Source of the DNA: Bilabrum cf. latius
Lineage: Eukaryota
Assembly: GCA_965178125.1 (NCBI GenBank)
Contig: OZ237750.1
Location: forward strand, 620,001-684,000
Length of the DNA stretch: 64,000 bases
Direction: 5' to 3'
Below, piece after piece: positions 42,301 to 53,600 of the stretch; the stretch's first letter is position 1; each line of letters opens with the position of its first letter. The notes beneath the pieces are model-generated. The model saw nothing but the letters and a program-made list of their open reading frames with translations. It searched no databases and had not been told where the DNA came from. The position numbers and the translations under genes are program-made.

Positions 42301-42852
42301 GACGACGTGTTCGGAGATGGTGATGGAGGGGAGGGCAATGAGTTTGGCTTCGGATCCGGCGAAGGTGATGCGGGCGTGGAGGGGGATGATGGCGATGACA
42401 ATGGCGAGGGCGAGGACGAAGACGACGAGGACGAAGATGAAGATGAAGTTGAGCTTGCGCGGGCAGCAGCTGCTGCCGCTGCCATTGGTAGAAAGCGACG
42501 CAGGGCTCAGATGTCCTCGTCGGCGGGTGACGAAGATGCAGGGCGCAGCCAGAGTGGTGCAGGTGACGACGAGGACGAGGACGGCAAGGGCGGTGGCGAT
42601 GAGGAGGACGATGACGGAGGCGAGCGCGAGTCCAAGGTCAGGCGCGTACAGCCGGCCTCTGGCGGTGCGGCTGCAGACCCTCTTTTTTCGGCGCTGGCCG
42701 CCTCCTCTGGCGTGGGTGGAGGTGATAGCACCAAGGAATCCGGCAGCGGGAAAGGGGCAGGCGAAGGTGCAGCCGGCAAGGGCGGCCGTGGCGGTGCAGC
42801 GAAGAGGGGTGGCCGATAGCGGAGGAGCCGCATCAAGCGGCCGACTCTTTGA
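36305..42852 (+). CDS. TPR: Nuclear basket nucleoporin TPR/Mlp1/NUA-like coiled-coil protein, about 2,140 aa; intron 36492-36616
   Basis: Long coiled coil with TPR-family hallmarks (EKVEQTAPVI, ISEHLVSFDDLDALREKHRQLLRVVR, IVQQRDMYR, RESNAVLR, RWQERFQGLL) and an acidic tail. About 12 in-frame TAGs; TGA at 42850. Confidence 0.85.
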
Positions 42853-43003
42853 AATAGTTTCGTCGTCGAAACCCAGTAATGGGAGCACAGCGATGTCTAG
42901 TTTTGTTTTCGTTCAACACTTTGTCAATCGCGTCAGACGGTATCCGGATTCCGGAGCAACAACTTGAATATGAATCCCTGCACTATTTCGATTGTTTTCA
43001 GAA

Positions 43004-44239
43004 ATGATGCGAATTTGTATCGGCAGCGTACTTCTGTTTGCGCTTGCTCGGGCATGCAGCTCCGACCTCGACTGCAACCTGAACGGCCTGTGCGTGAATC
43101 AGCAGTGCAAGTGCGACAGCCCGTGGAACGGGGCTAGCTGCGAAGCAATGACCTTCAAGCCCATAAGCTTCCCTCAGGGTTACGGGATGTCTCCAAACAC
43201 TACGACTTGGGGGGGCAATGTCCTGCAGGATGACTCGGGAACGTGGCATTTGCTGGTCTCTCGAATGACCAACGAGTGCCCGTTGAAGGATTGGACAGTC
43301 AACAGCAGGATCGACCACGTAGGGCATTGTACACTTCATGCATCTATGTTTTTATTATATTTTCAGAAGCAGGACTAGTGATGCACTAGCCATCAATCCA
43401 CGCCAACATCGCAGGCCACAAGCAAGTCAATCGAAGGCCCGTACGAGTTCCAGGACGTAGCCATCAACACATGGTCTCACAATTCAGCCCCTGTGAAGCT
43501 GAAGGACGGCACATACGCCATTTTCCACATCGGCCACGGGACCGGGGCGCCGGACGGTGGTCACAACTGCACGGAAGCTGTCTCAATCGACGGCGGCTCG
43601 CCAGGCCCAATCGAACGAGAATACGCGAACGCAACCGCCGCGTAGCAGAAGTCCTCTGGGGGATCTACCATACACACATCTCCGTCTCTCAACGGCCCAT
43701 GGGAGCCGCTCATCCCCAACTACCTGGGCGGGTGCAACAACCCGGCCCCCTGGGTGCACCCTGACAACGGGACGGTCTACATTGTGTGCGGCAGCTCGCT
43801 CCTTCGCACGGAGGACATCCGGGGGAACTGGACCGAAGTGGCCAAGATCTCCCACAGCGGGGGCCCGAGCGGGGGCTACGAAGACCCGTTCGTGTACACG
43901 GACCACAGGGGCCGCTGGCACGTCCTCTACCACGTCTACACCATGCAGCCGGCCCACACCTGCGTCAACACCACGGTGTCCGCTCACATCTTCTCCGAGG
44001 ATGGGTACACGTGGCACACCACCCCCACGCAGCCGTACACCTCCCAGCTGCAGCTGCAATCCGGAGCCACGATCACGGTTGCAACCAGGGAGAGGCCGAA
44101 GCTGGTCTTCAACGCCTCGGGCATCCCCACGCACCTCGTCAACGGAGTCTGCGGCGCGGCGGTGTGCGCACCAACACACTGCAGCGCCTGCAAGCAGACT
44201 TTCTGGGATTACACGCTGGTGGCTCCGCTGGCTGTTTGA
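43004..44239 (+). CDS. Secreted EGF-like plus putative five-bladed beta-propeller (GH43-like) protein; intron 43319-43414
   Basis: Signal peptide; CSSDLDCNLNGLC..CKCDSPWNGASC; WGG, GPYEF, SHN, NNPAP, EDPFVY, RERPKL. TAG at 43643; TGA stop. Confidence 0.7.
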
Positions 44240-44639
44240 CGAGGAAGAGGGTGGGCTGCGGTGGCGGGCCATTCTTGAGACGGAGGATGCACCTCGTGGT
44301 GCTTTATTGAGCTTGTTGCGCAGTCCGCGTATACACGCGTTGCGAATTGGTTCACGGCAAATGAACACACACCTTATCGATTTGCACTGCCACCGCAAGC
44401 CGCAGTTGCCAGCGGGCCGGGCTGCACCCCTCCAGTACAGAATAATCTACGTTTCACACATCAGTTGTTAACATCAGTCAATGGACACACGCCCCCTTCC
44501 GCAGGGCTTCGCCCCCCTTCTCCTTCATCCTCCCCCAGCTGGTGGGACTTCGCGCGGCAATCCCACACAGTACCTACCACAAAGCCCCAAACCGCACTCG
44601 CATCCCTCCGCAGCAGCGAGCAAGCCCAGTGCGGGTCCA

Positions 44640-47600
44640 TCACTGTCCTCCGCTAAACGGAGCGAACGCGGCAGTCACCGCATCGTTCGCTCCCTCCTCC
44701 CCAGAATCATTGTCCTGCCCATCCTCCAACTCCTGCTCGAACTAAGCAGCCAGGGCATCCAGGGCCGCGGTGCTTCCGCGGGTCCCCGCAGTCGTGCCCT
44801 CCACGGAGGCGCGCCTCCCGCCGCGGCGGCCCGCCGCACCGTCCTGCTGCACAGACACATCGTCCACGTCCGCGCCGTCCACCTGCGCCGGGCTGCCGTG
44901 CCTTTGGGCAGACGAGGACACCCGCACCCGCTTGGGCTGCAGCGCGGTGCTGCCCTGCGAGCTGCGCCGCGAGCCGCCCTCGGCCGAGCCGACGCGATCC
45001 GCCATCCTGACCTCGTCGATCCCCGTGCCAGCGGCCAAGGACGGGTCCTCAACCCCGTCGTGCACCCCGCCCACATCCTCGTTGGAGGCGCTCCCGCTGG
45101 GCACGATCTTGGCGAGGTTGCTGGTCCCGTAGGCGCCTCCGGCTGGGCTGCCCACCAGCCCGGTGGCATCGTCCAGACTGCCCCCGGTCGGTGCGGCGGC
45201 ACCGGCAGTCACGCCATCGAATTCTTCACCGCCCTCCTTGCTGTCCTCCGGAGGGGTGCTGCGGCCCGCCTCTGCGCCCACGGTGGGCGAGTCCGAGGCC
45301 TCCGTCTCGTCCTCCAGACCCTCCTGCACCGCAACCACGACGAAGTACGCCGCCACGGCGATGAGACCAGCCACCACGAGGCCGCCCACTGCGATGCCGG
45401 CGATGGCACCGCCGGACAGGCCCGAGGGACCGTCATCGCCGCGACCGTCTCCGCCACCGCCGCCACCGTTGTTGTCGTCGTCAGCACCGGGGCCCGGGCT
45501 GGGCGAGGCGGCGGGCGCGCCGATCCACGGGGCAGGGAGTGCCCTCTGCACCGCGTTCACTCGCATCAGCTGCACGAACAGCACGCTTCCGTCCGAGCAG
45601 CCGGTGGCCGTCACGGTGCCGGTGGAGTGGTCGTAGGACCTCCAGGCCTCCTGCCCGTCGGTGCCCGCGCTGCCGCACGCGTCCGACCCGGTCGACCCGG
45701 CACCCGCCACCGCCAGCGCGGCGTACTCGTAGGAAGAGTTCAGCCTGGCGGCCATGGTCGTTGGCAGCCTCACCGACACGCTCGACGTGCGCCCAGACGT
45801 CCTGCTGCCCACCGTCACCGCCACGGGCAGGCAGTCCACCACCTCGTCCGCGCTGCCGCTCGTCTCGGGCTTGCCAGAGGCCACTCGGGCCGCCGAGGCA
45901 GAGGCGCACGCGGACGACGCCACGCCGCTCTGGCCCGCCGACACGCGCACGCCCGACGCGCGCCAGCCAGCCGCGGGCCTGGTCACCTGCACGCGGAACG
46001 GATCCGCAGACGACTGCGCGCGCCTCACCAGCAGCAGCGCCCTGGCGGCTCCACCGGCGGCGGCTGCGGGCCCCGCCAGCTCCTCCTGCTGCTCCGCGGT
46101 GGCGCCGTACGTGGCCTCCCTGGTGACCGACAGGAGATCCTCGTCACCCGCAGAGTCTAGGCCCTCGGGGTCGGGGACCACCACGTCGCTGCACGTGGCG
46201 CCCTCGTAGCCGTCGTCGCACACGCACTGCGCCTCGCCCGACGTGGACTGCACCAGCGAGCTGGCTCCCGCAGACTCGGCCGTCTGCGACACGGCCTCGG
46301 CGCAGATGGTGCCGTGCCAGTTGCACGCCGCCCGGCAGTGCGTGGAGCAGTCCGGCCCGCCCCATCCGTGCACGCACCTGCACTGCAGCGCCTCGGCGAA
46401 GGCGGCCCTGTCCGTGGCGGCCACCTGCCCCGTCGCGGTGGAGCCGCTGCCGTCGCCGCCCGGCCCGGCGGCCGCCACAGCGCCCTCGCTCACGTCGGCT
46501 GAGCCCGCGAGCCACTCGTTCACGAAGCCGCTCACGGCCTCTGGCAGCGCGCCCATCTCGGCCTGCGTGGCAAGCACGGCTCCTGGGTTCTGGCCCGTGC
46601 CCGGCAGGAAGGGCTCCGGCCTCCAGGCCATGGACTTGCCGTCCGACGTGCGCTGCAGTACGCTCGAGGGCAGCCCGTGCACGCACGTGAACTGGTCGCA
46701 GCGCTCGCCCGCCCAGAACGGATCGCACTCGCACGCCACCTCGCCGTCCTCCCCGGTCACCTGCACGCCAAAGTAGCACGCGTCGCTGCCGCGGCCCACG
46801 TACGTCCCGCAGTCCTCGCCGGTCCAGCCCTCCTCGCACGCGCACTCGAAGCTCTCCACCCCGGTGAGCACGCCGTCGTTCTCGGGGTCCACCAGCACCG
46901 TGGTGGTGGTTGCCTCGCCATGGAAGCACCGGATCGGCTCCGGGAAGGGCGTGCTGCAGTCGGCCCCGCTCCAGCCCGGCATGCAGCTGCACATCTCGCC
47001 CACCACCGTGCCGAACACGCAGGGCACCCGCACGTCGCACGACTGCCCGTCGGAGCCGCCCCACCCGGCGGCGCACTTGCAGATCACCGAGCCGTCCTGC
47101 CTCGTGCCCTCCACGTACGCGTTCTCGCCGCACACGCTCTCCTCGCACCTGTCACCGGTCCAGCGCAGGGGATCGAAGCAGTCGCACTTGCTGCTGTCCT
47201 GCGCGTTGCACATCCCGCGGCCGTGGCAGTAGTCCCTGCACAGGTGCTCGCACCGGGGCCCGCGGCGCCACGTCGGGTCCGTGCACACGCACTGCCCGTC
47301 CACGATGCTCCCGTGAAGGCCGCAGTCGGGCAGCGAGGGCGAGCCGAAGCGGCCCAGCACCGCCTCGGGCCCGCTCTCCGCCATGAGCCGAAGCAGAGAC
47401 GCGGTCTCTGCAGGCACGCCGTCCTTCCCTGCCATCTCCAGCAGGTACTCCTCGTAGGACTCGTAGCCATCGGGCAGGCCGGCCCCGCCCTCGGGCAGCG
47501 GCGGCAGCTCCACGCCCTCCTGCAGCATGCGCTGGCGCCAGCCCTCGTGCCCGCCGGCCTCCGCGGCCTCCTGCCTCAGGCGCCTCGAGCCGGAGGGCAG

Positions 47601-50600
47601 CCCAGAGATGGACTGGGCCGCGGCCGCGCACTGCGCCAGCGACCGCAGGCTGGCCTCCGCGTCGTCCTCGAACTGGGACGGCAGCAGCCCGGTGTCGGCG
47701 CCGCTCGCGGACCCGTCTGCAAGGAAGCTCTCGGTGATGCCCATCGACACCACGTTGGCCGCGTTGACCATGGCCAGCAGCGAAGGGTCGGCGCCAGCCG
47801 CGAACATCGGGTGGTTGATCTGACCGCGGCCCTCGAAGCTCCTGACGATCAGCTGCCCGTCGATCTCACCGGTGGGGAACACCGTGTCGGCGCGAGGCGC
47901 CAGCAGGGTTCCCTTGATGCCCACGCGCACGATGTCCATCGTGTCGGCGAACGGCGCGTTGATGACCAGGCGAGAGGCCACGTCGTTGTTCTAAAAGTCG
48001 CCCGTGAAGCCCAGGGGGCCGATGTCCACGTGCCGCGCCGGCTGGGGCTGGCCCCCCTGCACGGCCGAGCTGCTGCTCCCGCCGCTTCCGCCGGTGGTGC
48101 CGTTGAATGCAAGCAGCGTGAACAGGTCGCCGTTGCCCTCGCCGATGCCGGTCCACGCGGTCTCGTACAGCACGTTGATCACCGTCACAGGCACGCCCGA
48201 GCGGGCGGGCAGCCCCTCGTTCTGAGCCGCCTGCACGCCGGCCGCCATGCCGGTGAGCTCGAGCCTCACCTCTGCGGCGGACTCCAGGAGGTCGGCGCTG
48301 ACGTGGAACACGTTGATGTCGGAACGAGTGCCGCGCAACACCAGGGTCGACCACTGCAGGTCGGTGGTGCCGGTACGGGGCAGCCGAGCCAGGCTCATGC
48401 TCAGCCAGCGAGCGCCCAGCGAGGCGCCGAAGAAGTCCACCGGCATCGGATGCCCGGCCGCCGTGTCGTCCTCGAGGCTCTGCCAAACGCCCGGCTGGTT
48501 CACGCTCGCACGGGGATAGCCGACCATGCTGTTGTCTCCGCGGCCGAAGAAGGCGTTTCCGCCGGACAGCACCGCGCCCGACGTGAAGTTGAGCCGCCCG
48601 CCCACGGCCAGGTCGGCCCTTCGGCTGAACCTCGTGCTGTTCTGCAGGATGCCGTCGGCCTCGTCCCAGGCCAGGGCCCACGACTCGGGGAAGATGCCGT
48701 CGGGGGGCAGGCTGTACCCCCCAGGCAGCCGCATGGCCTCGTGCTCGTACCGCTCGTGCGGCGGCGTGAACCAGATCTCGCCCACAGAGTACAGCGACAG
48801 CGTCACGTCACCAGCGGCGGCCATCAGGCCCTCCACGTCGCTAGACGGAGCCTCCCAGTCCCCAAGTGCCACGGCCATGTACTGGCTCAGAGCGGGGTGC
48901 AGCATCTGAGGCGGCTGCGGGCGCATCGCCTCGCCTGCGCTCGGGTGGAAGCTCGCCTGCGGGCTTGGCGCGGGCGAGGACGACGGCGACGGGCCGGCAG
49001 AAGGGGCCGCGTTGGCCGCGGCCAGCTCCACCAGGCGCTGGTACTCGTCGATCGCAACGTCGCAGAGCGCCCCCGCGAACCCCATCGGGCACACGCACGT
49101 GCCGCCCGCCGTGCACACGCCGCCGTTCATGCAGCCGGACCCGCGGGCCGCAGAGGCGCCTCCGTCCCAGGCAGCCGCGAAATCGAACGCGCCTTCGCTG
49201 AACGCCGCATCCGGGACGCATCGCACCAGGGTATACTCCGCGTGCTCCCCGGCCGCGCCACCCATGTGCACCGTCGAGTTGCCGTAGTACTGCACCGGGC
49301 TCGCGTCACGGTTGGGCCCGATGTTGAGGTCCAGGCTGCCGCTGTCCAGCTCGGCCTGGATGCGAACCGCATTCGAGTCGTCCTCGGACCCAGTCTCCGC
49401 GATGGCGTCCTGCACGTCGCCTTCGTCGCGCAGTCCCACCGCCAGCGTGAAGCGCCGGAGAGGTGCCGTCAGAGCAAACAGCGAGACGGAGGGAGAGGGG
49501 TCCTCGGCCAAGTCGCCGTACGCGCCGCCGTACAGGATGTCGTCCATGTCTGCTGGCACAGGGCACACGAGCCTAAACTCGCTGGTGACCGTGGCGGTCT
49601 CGCTGGCCAGCACCACCTCGGGCATGTCCCGATCCAGGAAGATGCACACGGGGCGCCCGTTCGCAGAGCAGCCCAAGTTGCCGCCGAACACGGAAATAGC
49701 ACCCCCGGCAAACACGGCGCCGCCCGCTGGCCTGAAGCCGGTGACCGTCGTGTTGAAGTCCTCGCACTGCTGCACCGAGCAGTCGTCTCCCGAGAAGCCC
49801 AGATCGCACACGCACCCGCCGCACGTGCAGGTGCCTTGGCCCGTGCACAGACTGGGGCAGAATTGCACCTGGTTCAAGCCCGTCACCTGGCACGAAGGGC
49901 TTGGCGAGACACTCGGGGTCGGCGTAGCTGACGTTGTTGGCGATGTTGACGGTGTGAAGCTGGGCGTGGGGCTGTTGCTTGGGCTGCTGCTGACGCTGGC
50001 ACTGGGGGTCACTGAAGCAGTCGTTGACGAGGTCGGTGTGGCCGATGCCGTGCTGGTGGTCGATGGCGTCGGGGTCGACGAAGCCGTGCTAGTGGTCGAT
50101 GGCGTCGGAGTCGAAGAAGCCGTGCTAGTGGTCGATGGCGTCGGAGTCGAAGAAGCCGTGCTGGTGGTCGATGGAGACGGCGTCGCTGATGCCGTGCTGG
50201 TGGTCGATGGCGTGGGAGTCGACGAAGCCGTGCTGGTGGTCGATGGCGTGGGAGTCGACGAAGCCGTGCTGGTGGTCGATGCCGTCGGAGTCGCTGAGGT
50301 TGTACTAGTGCTCGATGGCGTGGGAGTCGACGAAGCCGTGCTGGTGGTCGATGCCGTCGGAGTCGCTGAGGTTGTACTAGTGCTCGATGGCGTGGGAGTC
50401 GACGAAGCCGTGCTAGTAGTCGATGCCGTCGGAGTCGCCGAAGCCGTGCTGGTGGTAGATGGCGATGGCGTAGCGCTGACCGACGTTGATCCGGACGGAG
50501 ACGTCGATGGCGTTGCCGAAGTAGTGCTTGTCGTGCTCGGGGTTGGACTTTGAGTAGGTGACGGAGTCGTTGACGGTGTGAAGCTGGGCGTAGGGCTGTT

Positions 50601-53600
50601 GCTCGGGCTGGCCGTCACGCTGGCACTGGGGGTCACTGAAGCAGTCGTTGACGAGGTCGGTGTGGCCGATGCCGTGCTGGTGGTCGATGGCGTCGGGGTC
50701 GACGAAGCCGTGCTGGTGGTCGATGGCGTCGGAGTCGACGAAGCTGTACTAGTGGTCGATGGCGTCGGAGTCGACGAAGCCGTGCTGGTGGTCGATGGAG
50801 ACGGCGTCGCCGAGGCTGTACTAGTGGTCGATGGCGTCGGAGTTGACGAAGCCGTGCTGGTGGTCGATGGCGTGGGAGTCGACGAAGCCGTGCTGGTGGT
50901 CGATGGCGTCGGAGTCGACGAAGCCGTGCTAGTGGTCGATGGCGTCGGAGTCGAAGAAGCCGTGCTAGTGGTCGACGGCGTCGGAGTCGAAGAAGCCGTG
51001 CTGGTGGTCGATGGAGACGGCGTCGCTGATGCCGTGCTAGTGGTCGATGGTGTGGGAGTCGACGAAGCCGTGCTGGTGGTCGATGCCGTCGGAGTCGCTG
51101 AGGTTGTACTAGTGCTCGATGGCGTGGGAGTCGACGAAGCCGTGCTGGTGGTCGATGCCGTCGGAGTCGCTGAGGTTGTACTAGTGCTCGATGGCGTGGG
51201 AGTCGACGAAGCCGTGCTAGTAGTCGATGCCGTCGGAGTCGCCGAAGCCGTGCTGGTGGTAGATGGCGATGGCGTAGCGCTGACCGACGTTGATCCGGAC
51301 GGAGACGTCGATGGCGTTGCCGAAGTAGTGCTTGTCGTGCTCGGGGTTGGACTTTGAGTAGGTGACGGAGTCGTTGACGGTGTGAAGCTGGGCGTAGGGC
51401 TGTTGCTCGGGCTGGCCGTCACGCTGGCACTGGGGGTCACTGAAGCAGTCGTTGACGAGGTCGGTGTGGCCGATGCCGTGCTGGTGGTCGATGGCGTCGG
51501 GGTCGACGAAGCCGTGCTAGTGGTCGATGGCGTCGGAGTCGAAGAAGCCGTGCTAGTGGTCGATGGCGTCGGAGTCGAAGAGGCTGTACTCGTCGTGCTT
51601 GGTGAGACGCTAGGAGTCACACTAGGCGAGACACTTGGCGTGGAACTGCTGCTTGGTGTCGCACTACTCGTCGTCGAGGGCGAAACGCTGGGCGTGACAC
51701 TGGGAGTCACACTAGGCGAGACACTTGGCGTTCCACTGGTGCTCGGGCTGCTGCTGACGCTTGCCGTTGGGCTTGCAGTAATGGAGCTAGTCACCGATGG
51801 CGTGGGGCTGTTGCTTGCGCTGGGTACGATTGGAACCTGGGACGGGGTCGTGCTGGCAGAGCTGCTCGCCCCGGGCGTTCCGCTGGCAGAGGGCGTGCTG
51901 GATGACGACGGCACGAGCACTCCCGGCGATGGCGAGCTGGAGGGCGACGGCGTCGGCGTGGGCGGCGTGTTGGGCTGCAGGGCCTCGATGCACTCCTGCA
52001 GGTATAGATGGTAGGCCGTCAGCCCCAGCTGCGTATCGCCCGACACGCAGGCATCGAACAGGCACGCCTCGTAGTACGTCTGTCCATCCACTCCCAGCGC
52101 GTTGCAAATCTGAGCGTACGTGCCGTTGATGAAGGCATCCGCGCATATGTCCTCCACCTGCTCCTGCAGCTCCTCCGTCGCGCACTCGCCAGGCTCTACG
52201 TCGGGATCCGTCTGGTTGTTCGGCGGCGGCGGGCCGAGGCCGCCCCCTCCGTCATCGTCCCCGCCGTTGTTGTTGTCATCGTCGTCATCGTCCACGTCAT
52301 CCGTGATGTCGTCCGAGTCGTCGCCGGGCCTGAGCGGGTCCACGGGAGGAGGCACCGAGGCAAAGCACTGCAGCACATCCGTGGAGCCGAGCTCGCCACC
52401 GGAGCCGCCCCCGCACGACCCGACCGGCACGATGGCAGGGTTGCTCGTCGGGGGGATCGTGGCGCCGGAGCCAAGCGTCATCAGCTGCTCGCTGGGAGGC
52501 ACGATCCACGAGTCTCCAAAGCCGCGGCGACCCTGGCGGTTGCCCCTGTCGTACGTCACACCGTCCCAGCCGAGGAAATCGTTCGAGGCGTCGCCGTCCA
52601 GCGAGCCGCACATACCACCGACCTTACCGGCCCACACGGCGCCCAGGTCGATGTCGACGTTCATGTAGTAGAGCCCCCGCCAGGAGCTGACCTCTACCTG
52701 CACGTACGAGCCGTCTGGCAGGGTCACCCGGTACTTTGGCTTGCCGAGCGAGCTGCCGACCTGGTGCACGGACACGTGGTTCAGCCCATTCGACAGCACC
52801 ACCAGGGGGTGCGGCGAGTTCCTGTTGGCCACGGTGAAGGCCATGATGTCGCCACGGTACTGCACCGCGATGGCGTCGTTGCAAGACACAGTGAAGCACT
52901 GCTTCTGCCTGGCCTGCACGCTGAATTCGCCGTCGCAGCTGCGAGCCAGGTAGAAATCCCCCGTGCCAAAGTAGTCGTACTTGGAGCCGGTCCAAGAGAT
53001 GATGTGCGGGTCGCCCCACGACCTGCAGCGCCCGCCGGAGCCGGAGTGGGTCAGCTGCAGCTGCACGTCGTCGCGCACCACGCCCTCCGCAGAGACCTGC
53101 GGCGGCTCCCCGGCTCCGTCCTCGGTGATGGCCAGGCCGGTCTGGGGGTCGATCACGATGGAGCCGTTCGCGAGCGTGGACACGCCGACACCGGGCTCGT
53201 ACGAAAGGGTCTGCGAGTAGTTGAACGCGCGCAGCAGCACCGGGAAGTTCTGCTGGCCGCTCGTGTACTGGGAGCGGCGCGGCGTCACGGTCACGTTCTG
53301 CCAGACGTTCCAGTTGGTCAGGTTAAAGTACAGCACGCAGGTGCTCAGCCCAAAGGCAGAGTCGGCCAGGGAGGAGTCGAGCTCCACCCAGATGTTGCCG
53401 CTGTGCCGAGGAGGTGTGGTCAGGCGCACCTAGAAGGTGCTCGTCTCGTCCGCGCTCACCAAGACGGGGCTAGGGCTGATGTCCAGGCCGGGCCCGCACT
53501 CCTCGGTCTCGAGCAGGGGCGGGCAGCCCACGCTGCCCGACAGGATCGTCCTCGACCGCGACCTCACGGCGGAGAGGCCGCACTGAGGGGTGCCCTGGGC

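Noticed and set aside
36936-42888. Long minus-strand and alternate-frame ORFs over TPR
   Set aside because: Shadow ORFs caused by high GC3 and repetitive coiled-coil codons.
49900-51800. CRISPR-like array
   Set aside because: Contiguous 36-bp coding repeats with no unique spacers and no cas genes, in a eukaryotic context.
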